Shown here: positions 24,801-51,179 of the stretch, piece after piece | Layout: every line of letters begins with the position of its first letter | Numbering within the stretch: the stretch's first letter is position 1 | Assembly: GCF_009914755.1 (NCBI RefSeq) | Contig: NC_060934.1 | Length of the DNA stretch: 64,000 nt | From: the human T2T-CHM13v2.0 reference genome, Homo sapiens | Direction: 5' to 3' (one strand) | Program-made: the position numbers and the translations under genes | The notes under the pieces: generated by a model | Told to the model about the DNA's origin: nothing | Database searches by the model: none | What the model saw: the letters and a program-made list of their open reading frames with translations, nothing else

Positions 24801-25844
24801 ACAACAACTGCCTGAAGAGAGAACAGATGGAGCTCCTCCTCCTTCTGTAGTCACCTACAGACTGAAGCCCACTGGCCCCAGGTGGGAGCCCAGGCATGTG
24901 GCACACAATGCCCCACCCCACACTTCACAATGCCCTCCCCGACACCTCACAGTGCCCCACCCTGCCTGCCACCCCTCCCCAACAGCTCAGAATGCCCCTG
25001 CCTTGGCTGCCCCACCCTGTGGCTTATGATGCTGCTGCTCTCCTGGCCCCTCGTGCAGTGCCAATGGGACTAAGGTTTTCATTCATCACCAGCTTCCTGA
25101 GATTTTAGTCCTAAGAAAAGCACAGGGTAGTTCATTCCTCAAAGCCAGCTTCCTCTATGAGTTCTACATAAAGCCTCAGTAGAGTGGGTCCCATTAGCAA
25201 CCAAGTTGAACAACTTTTATTTGCTGTCTGAATATAGATACACCTGAATTGTTGACTGCTTTTGTAACTAAACACTCCTCTCCTGTCTTCCAACGAGTGG
25301 TCATTTTTGTCCGCAACTTGATCACAGCAATCCCTGGGGCCCTAGCTCTACTCTCAATAAAGAGTTATGGCTGTGTGTTTTGAATGACACCTTAGGACCC
25401 ATCCTGCCTCCACCTCCTTCTCCATAAAATAGAAACCTAACTTGTCCCTCCAAGCTCTGAAATGCTGAAACTTACCAACTCCCTTTTCTCCCCGCTATTT
25501 CTTCCTTCCATGGCAGGGACTTTCAGATTTTCTTTCTTTTACTAACAAGGCACTAAACATGATTTTCTCATACAAAATCGAGAGCCATAAAGTGGCTTAC
25601 CACAGTCCTATTTCAATAAAGATGAATACTCGACATCTGGCAAGTAGTGTGTGCCTGACAGTGTCCCCACTGTGCTATGCTCATTTAACCCTCAGAAACA
25701 ATCTCATGTTACAGATTTTACAGAAGTTGTTGGGACAGAGAAGGTAAGTAAACCCCCCCAAGGTCACATGACTGCTAAGGGTGGGGCCATAGTTTGATCC
25801 CAGGTAGTCTGAATTCCCCAATTGCTTAAGCATGATTATCAGAA

Positions 25845-26569
25845 AGTATAGCAGTCTGTTTTCACACTGATATAAAGAAACACCTGAGGTTGGGTAATTT
25901 TTAAAGGAAAGAGGCTTAATTGACTCAGTTTCACATGGCTGGGGAGGCCTCAGGAAACTTACAATCATGGCAGAGGGGGAAGTCCTTCAGGAAACTTACA
26001 ATCATGGCAGAAGGGCAGGTCCGACTTACATGGTGGCCGCACAGAGAGTGGGAACATGTGAAGGAGCAACTGTCAAACATGTATAAAACCATCAGATCTC
26101 AGCTGGGCACGGTGGCTCACACTTGTAACCCTAGTACTTTGGGAGGCCAAGGCAGGTGGATCAACTGAGGTCAGGAGTTTGAGACCAGCCTAGCTAATGT
26201 AGTGAAATCCTGTCTCTACTAAAAATACAAAAATTAGCTGGGTGTGGTGGTGCATGCCTGTAATCCCAGCTACTCAGGAGGCTGAGGCAGGAGAATCACT
26301 GGAACTCAAGAGGCAGAGACTGCAGTGAGCCAAGATCGTGCCATGGCACTCTTGCCTGGACAACAGAGCAAGCCTCCATCCCAGGAAACAAAACAAAACA
26401 AAACCCTATAAGATCTCATGAGGACTTACTGAATATCACAAGAACAGCATGAGGATAACTGCCCCTGTGATCCAATCACCTCCCCCTAGGCCCCTCCCTC
26501 GACACATCGGGATTATGGGGATTATAATTCATGATGATATTTGGGTGGGGACATGGCAAAACCATATCA
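25845..26569 (-). mobile_element. THE1/MST MaLR solo LTR with an Alu (26102-26403) inserted
   Basis: GGCTGGGGAGGCCTCAGGAAACTTACAATCATGGCAGA; ends AAACCATATCA. Confidence 0.82.
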
Positions 26570-26787
26570 GAAAGTAAAGGTAGAAGTCAAGCTTGGATGG
26601 GAAATGACATTGTAGATTATTATTATTATTATTATTATTATTATTTTGAGACGAAGTTTTGCTCTTGTTGCCCAGTGAAATTGTTTCTCTAATTTCATTT
26701 TCAGATTGTGTCTTGTAGATGTATAGAAATACAATTGATAAATGATTCTGGCTATTAACCTTTTATGCTTCAACCTTGCTGAACACT

Positions 26788-32585
<5,798 letters not shown>

Positions 32586-32606
32586 TATTTTTAAAAGGAT
32601 CTTCTC

Positions 32607-32960
32607 TGTTAAAAATAATCAAATAAACAGGTGGCCATGAGGCTGAGGTGGCTGCCGTGCACTCAATTCCTCCTTAAATAAACCAAAACTTGACTCAGTG
32701 TAAATAATAAAAGGAAATGTAAGAACCAATCAGAAACCACCAACTAACATCTAACTAGAGACCTTCCACTGTAATGTTCCAAATGAGGCCACTGCTCCAC
32801 TTTACCCAATCAAGTATTTTCTTTTTCTTCCACATTCACCATATAAAATTCTTCCCCCACCCTCCCTAAGCCTCTCTGTGGGACCTCTGAGCTGCTTGCA
32901 GTCTGGGGCTGCCTAGTTTATACATTTCTGAATGCTCAAATATATTTTCTAATGTTTCAA
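32607..32960 (+). mobile_element. ERV1 LTR (LTR54/MER57-like)
   Basis: TGTTAAAAATAAT...GGCCATGAGGCTGAGGTGGCT; two CCAATCA boxes; TATAAAA. Confidence 0.6.
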
Positions 32961-33361
32961 AGTGGCTCTGGTGTAGGAGGTTGTTGGTGGAGTGACCCGA
33001 GAGTATACAGGAATTGAGGGCATATGAGATCTCTGGACTCTGCACTCCATTTTGCTGTACACTCAAAACTACTCTAAAATAATAATATATCTTTAAAAAT
33101 CTATAACTATCACGTAGCCCTTTTCAAGCCTCCAACTGGTTGGAGCCAGTTCGATTAAAGCTCAGAAGAAAAACTGGTTAATAAGCTAGTTCTGACCCAA
33201 CTGGCAAGAAGCGGCAGGAAAGACCCAGGCCAGGGGAGCATATTGCACATGCATGCACCAGGAAACTGGAGGAAGCTTGGAGGCCCTTTAGCCTGGTCCT
33301 GAGCCCGCTGAAACTGCAGTTACAGCACAGATGCCTGGGGCACCAATCTGAATCTGCCAAC

Positions 33362-33478
33362 ATCCAAGGCCACATGAACACAAATGCGCAGTCTCCTCTG
33401 CGATCGGTAGCTAAGGATGTTAGGCCATGATTGGACTAGGATGGGAGATGAACTGAGAACTATGGATTCTGTAGGTTG
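33362..33478 (+). pseudogene. Degenerate 5S rRNA pseudogene (probably RNA5SP315)
   Basis: Colinear with 5S over its length: ATCCAAGGCC (cf GTCTACGGCC), TCGGTAGCTAAG (box A), GGATGGGAGA (box C), CTGTAGGTT (3' end); many substitutions. Confidence 0.85.
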
Positions 33479-33513
33479 TTGTTGTCTCTTCCCACCCCAA
33501 GCAACAAGTGATG

Positions 33514-33514
<1 letters not shown>

Positions 33515-33559
<45 letters not shown>
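33515..33559. repeat. (CA)n microsatellite
   Basis: Direct reading. Confidence 0.97.
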
Positions 33560-33560
<1 letters not shown>

Positions 33561-34185
33561 CCCGTAGTGACTAACAGGATCTCCCTCCAGGGGATTTGCA
33601 GAAAGGGGAGCAGAAAACATCCCAGGGGCCTTTCACAGCTACTTCCTTGAGCCCCCTTTCAGACTGCTGTCTAGACCTGTCGCAGCCCAAACATCACCAC
33701 CCTGATATGCAGAAGCTGGCATCCTTACCTGAAATTCAACACCAAGAAATGATCTCTTCTACTCAACACTGATAGAAATACCTCTAAGCAATGTCCTCAT
33801 TGGCAGGGGTGGAGTGGGGGAGTTTCTTAAAAAGTGAGGCCTCTGCCTACCACCTAGAGAACCTGGAAATTTCCATCTGTGCCACAAAGTCCAAATCACT
33901 GGCCACTGCCCCAGTGTATGGCAGATTAGAACATCTCTCCATTAGATCTGGGTTTCTATTCCATTGAGTGAAATGGCTTTTCTATTACAGGAACAGAATA
34001 AGGGATCAAAAGGGTCTTACAACTGAACTCCAGTGTACAGTCTGCACAGACACTAGGCTTGTGCAAATATGACACAGCGAGGCCCCAGGACCCTTAAGCC
34101 AGCTGAATGTACTGAGTTTCAGGAAACAGTGAGATACGTTCAGCAAAACAGTGGGCTTCATGCTGAAAGAAGTCATTCCAAGTAA

Positions 34186-34192
34186 ACACACA

Positions 34193-34233
<41 letters not shown>
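34186..34233. repeat. (CA)n microsatellite, interrupted
   Basis: Direct reading. Confidence 0.97.
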
Positions 34234-34236
<3 letters not shown>

Positions 34237-35659
34237 GCAGACACCCTAGTGGCCAATAGGTCCTCTCACCAAAAACCTGTGATCAGGAGAGCAGAAAGCC
34301 TCCCAGGGGTCCATCACTGCCCTTTCTGGAGCCCCTTATCAGATGGCCAGCCCCAGGACAGCACTGTCTGATCCTGGTCCAGTCCAAACCACCATCACCC
34401 TGTGATGTGGGAGCTAGCCACTTCACCAGAACCTCTGTGTCAGAAAAATTTCTCTTCCTTTTAAAATGATGAGGGGGAACCTTCAGACAGTGTCTGATTA
34501 GGGTGGGTGGAGAGAGGGGTTTCCTAGAAAGTCAGGCAGGGCAGGGCTGAAGCCCTCTGGGTTAACTGAGTGCTTTTGATATGAAGGCAGGTAAGACTGG
34601 ACAGGTGGGGGTGTTAGTGAGGGGATGGTGTAGGATGTGCTGAAGAACTCCACTTGGGCTCTCCACACCAGGGAAAATGACCATAAAACATCCCATCTTC
34701 ACTGCTCAGAGAAGGCTAGATCTGCTGTGAGCTAGAAAGCCATGTGGGGGCAGCTGATGAGTCATCAAATGGGAGAAATCTGAGAGCCATGTGTTCCACA
34801 GGCCTCTGGTCCTTGTTCAGGCAGCAGGGCACTGTGACATGTGGCTCCTTGGCCCCTTCCAGCCACCACCTTGATTGCATGCTGCAGGGAAAGAGACTGA
34901 AGACCAAGAATGGGGTCTTGCTCACCATGGGATGATGGCTCAGTACAGAGCTGAGCTATGTATGGCCCAAGAGGCAGAACGTGGGGATGACCCAGGCTGA
35001 GCTGGGGGATCCAACTGAACATGCACTTGCTAAGAAGCTGTGGGCTATGATGCCTTGGGACCCCAGTCTGGGTCTAGAATTGTAGCAAAACAGGCTACTG
35101 GTAAAAGTTCTTGAGAAGCCAACTCACTTTTGCTGTCATCCATGGGCAAACAAACCAAGCCCCACCACTTCCCACTCCCTCTGAAAGCCTCCTGCCCCTC
35201 TGATCGACCACACCACAATGGTGTCACTCTGTAAGGCACAGGTAGACAAGGCATCCAGCCATGAACACTCCAGGGCGCACACATGTCCAGAATACACTGG
35301 TTCTTGTTGAGACTCCACTCTTCCAACTCAGACAGAAGCTCCCCAATCTCCTCAGCCACTCCCAACAACTGGAGGTCTGAAAACTTTCATGCATGCCGCT
35401 ATGGTCTAAACCACTCGTGGCGGTTTTCATTTTCATTTTCCTGATAATCAGTGATGCTGAGCACCTTTCCATATGCCTTTTCACCAACTGGATGCCTTCT
35501 ATGGCTAAATGTCTATTCAAATCCATTGCCCATTTACAAATCTGCTTTTTTGTGGGCTTCTTGATGTTTTTCTCTTTTTTTTTCCTATTTATTTATACAA
35601 GTTCCTTAGGTATTTTGGATATTTTTTAAAATCATTTTCAATTCCACTGCCCAGTTATA

Positions 35660-42385
<6,726 letters not shown>

Positions 42386-45300
42386 CCACAATAACAAAAA
42401 AACACTGGTAACAATAAAATCATGATTACATAAAGACTGTATAGAAAAAAAATCCTCAGAATATAGAAATAAAATTATGTATTTTACCTGTAGCTATATT
42501 AGAAGAGAGTATTCTTGTAGACAAGGATGACTAGAAGGATATGCAAAAATGAAAACAGCTAATAACACTCATTACGTCAGGCACTGTGGTAGGTAGTTTA
42601 TGCACATTGTAACAAATTATATACTACATTATCTCAAGATTTTCAGATAAATTTTACTGGGAGTCATAAATCAATACAACAAAATCAATGTTTTGCAAAC
42701 ATCCACTAAGCATAAAGGTATACAAATTCCCAACCCAGACTGAAAAATAATTCACATAAGCCACACATTAGTGGAAACCTACCCATGGGAGATAATACAA
42801 CATAATCTAAATAAAACTTTCAGAGACAAGGCATGTGGCTTCTGGACAGCCACAAACTCCCTGACTCTGCTCTAGTGTTTTGGCCATCAAAAGAAAGCCA
42901 AGTGGCCTCAGGTCTCTGAAAAACCAAAAAAGCAACCTATGGAAGATGGCGTGGTATTTGAGGAATATTTGAAGTCTGTTGAAAAATGCATCCTGTATTT
43001 TTTTTCAAGATAAGACTCCCTTGTAATGTCAGGTAAGTGAAGAGCCCTCAGAGACACATGCACACACAAAGAAAAACAAAACGACATAGAATGAATCCCA
43101 CCAAAATGTGTTATGATGGCAGAATTATGGGTGATACAATCTTCTGTAATATATCTTTTTATTAAAAATAGAAAAAAAGCAGACTTACCCTTGATTATCT
43201 ATAGCCTCTGACCCAAGTGGTTTGGAATTGGAAAGCAGCGTCACTCGACTTGAAGCCATCTTGGCATCAATGGTGGAGTAGGTGGAGATGAGACTCTGGA
43301 CCAGCTCATGGGTGAGCCCCACCTTGTCCTATCAAGGCCACCAAGAAAGGGCACGTGAGGAAAGCACAAAGATCCTGGAGAGACACTGGTTTCACTCAGT
43401 TTCTCAAAATTATCTTAGACACATTTCCTGAGATCTTTTCTTAATGCCACAAACACCAGAGAAGAAAATCCTTATAACAAAGCTTGAAATGGATCCCCAT
43501 CTCCATTAAACTTGTCCAAAGCTCAGTGAGTATATAACCTGATAACCTAAACACCTAGCTAGAAAAACCTCAGTTCCAGTGCTACAACAGTGCTAGCTTT
43601 TCTAACATTTTTAAATAACCCTGCTTTTAACCCAATAAAATTCAACTACAGAACTAAGAAATAAATATTGGAAATCCACTTTAAAATAATGAGGAGACCA
43701 CTGTGATTGAGAAAAAGAAAAAGACAAACGAGAGCTGGAAAGCACACTGATTTTGTAGAAACAGAAATAAGCCGTGCAGGTGCCACACTGGCAGCAGTGC
43801 CCGCGCTGGGGCCACGGATCAAGGAGGCATGGAGGACAGGACTCTTCTGCTTGGTACAATGAAAAAATGGTATTCTTTTTATTCTACATATTGACAATAT
43901 GCATTTGGGCCTTTATTATAAGTACAAGAGAAAAATCTTCAATAAATAAAAGCTGAGTACATTACTTTTTTTGATTAAAAAATAGATTAGGAAAGAATAA
44001 TGAGAGTTCAGAGCAAAGACTCCTGCCTCACTGATGCCTGAAAACCGTGGCTGCCACCAAGGTCAACACAGACAGCGTCTTTGTCATACAGCACACCCTC
44101 AACTCCAGAAACAGGCACATAAACCAGCTGCTCCTTCTTATTTAAACAGCACTTCTTTTGTTATTCAGGAAGAACACAAGGGTCTGGGAGGAAACCGATG
44201 TCACTCATGGCAAAATGTTCTACCCCTGGAAGACGGGACCCAAAAAGCCAGCTTCAACTGACAAGAAGTCAGTAAGTATCTACTGTTGACTGGGGGGTTA
44301 AAAACGATCCACAGTCCAAGGGCTTAACCCATGACCCTAAAGAAGGGCATTGTGCCACACTGGAACAGTGGCCCTCTAGCTACAAGAGGTCAGAGAAGAG
44401 GGATTCGGTAACACCTTTGCAGGCCTACACATAGCTGGCTTACTTTTAAAACCTCCAGCAAGGCCATCTTCCCTTGTTTGGTCATTTTTCATTTTTCCTG
44501 AGAAATGAAGCCATCCCAAGAATCCTATGTGCAATTCTAGTATGTTCTACAACAAGAGAATACCTGGCATGTGAATTTGGCTTTTATCTTTGAAGTGTGC
44601 TCCTCTTAAATAACCATAAAGTGACACCTGCCGGTCACATTTGATGTTTGTTTGGATATCCTCCGGGTTTGTCAAATCTTCCATCCTAGAAAAATAAACT
44701 CAATCGTACAGCAGAAATGAATGCCAAAGTTCCTATACCTCCTTTCATGTGTCAATGACTCATCACACTCTTGTCCACTAAGCACATCACTTAGGAACTA
44801 GAAAATGCAGAAATAAGGAAGCACCGTTCACCATCCAGCAGAGGAAAAGGGGCAGGCACACAACTGTGTCTCTAGGCTGAAAGTGACATTCATTCCATAA
44901 GACACCAGATGGGAGACGACGTCCACCTGGGGTCAGGGAAGAGTGAAGAACATATGCAGAAAATCCGTTTCTGGAAGAGGGTGAGCCTGTGCTCTGGGAT
45001 TTGTACTGTGGCTTGGATTCTGGCAGGTGGAAAAGGGGTATTCCAGGCTGAGAAAATCACAGCACAAAGAAGAGCACAAAGGAAGGAAACTGAAGGCACG
45101 CACGAAGGACTCCAGCACCCGGGCACGAAGGCAGCATCACTGAAAACCGAGGCTGAACGTAGGATGGGGCCACATCCTGTAGCCTTAAATGCTTCCAAGT
45201 CCTCCCATTTTCCTAAACATCTCATAATTAATTTACTCCCAAAGGCACAGCATCTTTGAGCAATGATATAAGTAGACATTTTCCATCAACTGCACTTCTA

Positions 45301-45799
45301 CCCCCACTATTCAAATAGGCACAAAATAAATCCTATCACTGTTCTTTTTCTAGCCTTTTTAGCTTTGAAATACATGGCCCAGGAAGAAAAAGTTTACAAT
45401 CACTTTTTACCTGTCTGCCAGGATATAAGGGTGAAAAGTTTGCCATGAGAGGCCTAAACTTCATAACTGTAATAAAATGGCCCAGATTGTGGATTTCTTG
45501 GTTTTGATATTCTCCATGCACCATTCCAGAAAGGTAGAACAGTTTGGCAACCTAAACATTAAAGGAAAATTAAAAATTAAATTTCAATTAAATTCTCGTC
45601 AATACTGCAACAAAATAAAAGGTCTAAACAAGAAGCAATCCTAAGAAGGGAGACTTCCAGCAAAGCCACTGTCCTGAGGCTTCCAGAGCCTTGCTGGATT
45701 CTTTCAGGACTTATTAGAACCACACAGAGGCAGACTGCTCTGCAACCAAGCCGGTGCATCTGTCTAAGTATGGTGAGGAGAGGGAGGTGAGGCCTCTGA

Positions 45800-46338
<539 letters not shown>

Positions 46339-46704
46339 TGATCCACCTGACTCTGCCTCCCAAAGTGCTGGGATTACAGGCATGAGCCACTGTGCCTGGC
46401 CTCTTTAGTCTGGTTTTAAAGGATTATACTGTTAGTGTCTAACAATTATTTCTCTTCCTACCTGGTAAACTTCTGTCCAGAACCTGTGTTTTAATCGCTT
46501 CTTTGTCTTCTTCAGTTGCTTGTTATGCTTGAAGGAGTCGAGGTGGGTGAGAACTCCCAGAATTTTAGGAAAGCCATGTGCTTGACAGATGTTTAGAAAC
46601 TCAAACATTTCCATTTCAAACCCAAAGCTGGCATCTATAAGCATCAGTACCTACAAGCACAACACATTATTTCTCGAAGAAACTACCAAAACAGACCACC
46701 TACA

Positions 46705-46920
46705 CTAGGGGTTGGCAACTGGCCCACGGGCCAAATCCAGCCCATCACCTGTGTTTGTAACTAAAGTTTTATTGGAACATAGCCACATTAATTCCTTTAC
46801 ATATTGTCTATGGCCGCCTGTGCACTACAACTGCAGAGCTAAGTAGCTGCAGAAGATATGATCCACAAAGCTGAAAATATTCACTATCTGGCCCTCGACA
46901 GAAAAGTCCCACTCCAGACT
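46705..46920 (+). mobile_element. MER58A
   Basis: GGGGTTGGCAACTGGCCCACGGGCCAAATCCAGCCC...AAAGTTTTATTGGAACA. Confidence 0.75.
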
Positions 46921-47398
46921 AAATCAAATGACTACACAGGCATCACCCAGACAGAGAAACCACCACCCTCTGACTTGCTCTAAAAGGCAACCATAAGACA
47001 AGGCCACTAGGATATAAACATCCATTTTAAGAATTCTAATGCATGAGAAGTAACTCAGAAAAGGCTGGGTCTAACCTGGCCCTTACCTAAGAAATCCTAA
47101 TTTAAAGAAATGAAGTTTTCTGTAATGTATTTTTAAGCCAAATAACAGGTCTCTGACATCCAAAGAATGGGAAGAAAGTGATAATCAATGAAATATATTA
47201 AATATGTACAGAAAACCAACCTCTTCTTTCAATCTCCTCACAGAAAAAAAAAAAAAATCTGTTTTTTTTGCTGGGAAGTATGCAATGGAAACCTCTATCT
47301 TGTATGTTAATTTGTGTAACTCAATTGCTCAGAAATATTTGAAATAGCTACCAGTTTAGAATTAAGTAAAAAAACAGAAAGATTATGATGAATGGTAG

Positions 47399-47611
<213 letters not shown>

Positions 47612-48609
47612 TAGTAGAGACGGGGTTTCACAGTGTTCACCAGGATGGTCTCGATCTCCTGACCCCGTGATCTGCCTGCCTTGGCCTCCGAAGTGCTGGG
47701 ATTACAGGCGTGAGCCACCGCACCTGGCCAAGACCAATTTTTAAAATTTAAGACACTTCAAAGATGCAAAATAATTTCAGAACTGATTCCTGGAAACTTG
47801 TAATTTTAATACTAAAGATAGTTCTGTTTTTATCTTTCCATGGATAACTAAAAATAACACAAAATGGAAACAGAAATGCCCATCCTTGATTAAACTAGGA
47901 AACATTCAAAACCCAAAACCACAGAATATATGAAGTTGGGCTTGTAGGAAAGCACAGCTGCCACTGCAGACCAAGGCAGCAAGCAGAGCTCTCCAGCAAC
48001 ACTGGACCAGCTCAAAGAACAGGTGGAATATCCTCACACCACATCTGATGCCAGAGTGCCAAGGGACAAGCAGCTGGTTGTAGGGTCAGGAATAAAAGGG
48101 AGCAAACAGTCCCTCAGCTGCCAATCTTTGCCATCTAAGCCAGTGTCACTCCCCTAATCCACACACGCACGTACACACCCAAATCCACGTACTGTGTGTG
48201 CCTCTGCTGTACTCAGGAGGCTTTGACAACCCAGAGCAGAGCAATCAACATAAGCTAGACTAAATAAATTATGGTGCATCCACAGAATGGAATGTTATAT
48301 TAAAAAGAAGGAGGCAGAGCTACAGTACTTACTGATTATATACCTTCAAGTATATTACATGAAAAGAGCAAAGCATAGAACAGTGTATAAAATAAGCTAC
48401 CGTTTGTGTTTTTAAAGGGTGGCATGTGTGTTTATATGTATCTGGAAGGATATACATATATATAAAGGTCTGCAGGGACCTGAGAGACCAGAGGTTACAG
48501 CAAGGAAAGAGAAAATGCGCATTGTGTGTACCGTGCATTACAGTTAGAGTGCTTTACCAAATGTGTGTGCTCCTTTTGAAAATCTTAAGATTTACATAGG
48601 CATCTCTCT

Positions 48610-48935
48610 CAATGATGGTTAAGAGGCTGGGAAGGGGAGCAGGGAGGGAGGGACAAAGAGGGAAAGGTTAACAGGTACAAAAACACAGTTAGATAGAATA
48701 AATTCTAGTGTCCAACAGCACAATAGGGTGACTATAATTTATTATATAATTCAGAATAACTAAAAGAATGAAATTAAAATGTTCCTAACACAAACAAATG
48801 ATAAATGTTTGAAGTGACGGATCTCTGAATTACCCTGATTTGATCATCACACATTGTATGCTTCTATCAAAATACTACATGTACCCCATAAATATGTACA
48901 ACTATTATGTATCCATAATAACTAAAAATAAAAAA
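48610..48935 (+). mobile_element. L1MA 3' end fragment
   Basis: CACAATAGGGTGACTAT...CCCTGATTTGATCAT...ATGTACCCCATAAATATGTACAACTATTATG. Confidence 0.75.
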
Positions 48936-51020
48936 ATGTAAATGCATCTCTTAATATGTATGTGTTTAAAATTAGAAACTTGCTACATTTTAAATAAAAG
49001 AGAAACAAATGACTTCTATGAACTATTCAATCATTTCAAGTATACAAGTTTAGTAATCTTTACACAACTTTACATTAATTACACTTATTTTTACTAATAG
49101 TAGCATTACATGTTCAAAATTTGAATGTTATTTAGTTTTCTGACATTACAATGGCACAACTTTAAAATCTGTATTACTTTTTCCTTTATATTTTAGGAGT
49201 CTTCCTAGGCCAAAGTATAAAATCTGTAGCTCTAGCAAAAACTAAATAAAAATGAAAAAAACAAGGTATCTGTCACCCTACACCTCCTAATCAATATGGC
49301 TTATTTTTTTGCTAATTTTTTTTTTTTTTTTGAGACAGAATTTCACTCTTGTTGCCCAGGCTAGAGTGCAATGGCACGATCTCGCCTCACCGCAACCTCC
49401 ATCTCCTGGGTTGAAGCGATTCTCCTGCCTCAGCCTCCTAAGTAACTGGGATTACAGGCATGCACCACCTCACCCGTCTAATTTTGTATTTTTAGTAGAG
49501 ACGGGGTTTCTGCATGTTGGTCAGGCTGGTCTCGAACTCCCGACCTCAGGTGATTCACCCACTTCGGTCTCCCAAAGTGCTGGGATTACAGGCATGAGCC
49601 ACTGTGTCTGGCCTTTTTTTTTTTTTTTTTTTTTTTTTGCTAATGTAAAAGATCATAGAATATCAGAGATAGTGAACATTATCATTTCCATAAATGTACA
49701 TTTTCCACACGCTGAGTACTATCTAAATTTTCTATTGATAAACTCTGACCACTTCTTCAGGCAATTCATGTACTTACTTTAGCATTATCATTAAGGATGA
49801 AGGTTCTAGAACCATCAGGAACAAGGGTCCCATCTTCACACAAGTTACTTAACTGCTGGGAGGCTCTATTTCATCTTATGTAAACTATAGATAATACCTA
49901 CTCACCTCAAGGGTGTATCAAGGGTTTATGTAAGCTAAATTTGTAGAAAGCAGTTAGCACAGTGCCAGGAAGGATCCAAGAAGAAATGGTACTTACTATG
50001 ATATATTTGTACATATATATGTATGAATGTTAATGAGCTCTTATTAGCTGTGTTCATTAAAGGTTTTCTCCATCCTGTGATCTGCTTTTAGATTTTGGAA
50101 CACATTTCATTGTGCACATTCCATTTGTATTATTAATATGACAACATTTATTACTATTATTATTATCATCATCAATTCAATCACATCTACTATATCCCTG
50201 ATAATGACCATGATCCTTTTAATAATCACAAAACTCTCTTCCCTTCATCACGGGGTAAATAACCTATCACAATGCTGTAAGTCTCCATCAGCACCCCAGG
50301 CTGCCCCTGCTCACTTACCAGATCTGCTACTTCAGCCAGATCAATCATCATGTTAATGTCACACCCACATTCAATAATGGTGAGTCTGCGCTTTTTACCT
50401 ATAAGTGAAAAGATGAAAATTTTACTTTAAAAAGACCCTGAAAAAACTCTAACCATCAACTCTTAATTTTCATTTTTTAACTGCATCCAGTAAAACACCA
50501 CATACGTTTACAGGAGTGTACCAGAAGTTCATTTTTATAGGCAAAAACTGGTAAAATAAATTCCATCCTGTTTTTCTTCCTGTGTTCTAAATTTAGATAA
50601 TATCAAAAGCCTACCCAGATGAATAAAAGTGCTGAAAACAGGGAAAATTCTGACTAGACAGGCTCCACGATAACCATGATCTTGCTGTTCAGCTGCAGGC
50701 CAATGTCTTCACCTCTATCAAAATTTCCTGTATTCCCACTATCGCTAAAAACATCCTCAAACATAATGCAACAGAATATTTACAATGATAATTATTTCTA
50801 AATTAAGGTAATAAGAAAATGATCAAGAAAATATTGGCTGGGCACAGTGGCTCATGCCTGTAGTCCTGGCACCTTGGGAGACCAGGGCAGGTGGATCCCT
50901 TGAGCCCAGGAGTTTTGAGACCAGCCTGGGCCACATGGGGAAATCCCATCTCTACAAAAACATAAAAAATAAAAAAAAGGAAAAAAAAGAAAAATTAGCC
51001 AGGCATGGTGGCATACACTA

Positions 51021-51179
<159 letters not shown>

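Noticed and set aside
35395-35425. Small CpG-containing hairpin
   Set aside because: Sits at the edge of an antisense L1 fragment; no tRNA/snoRNA features.
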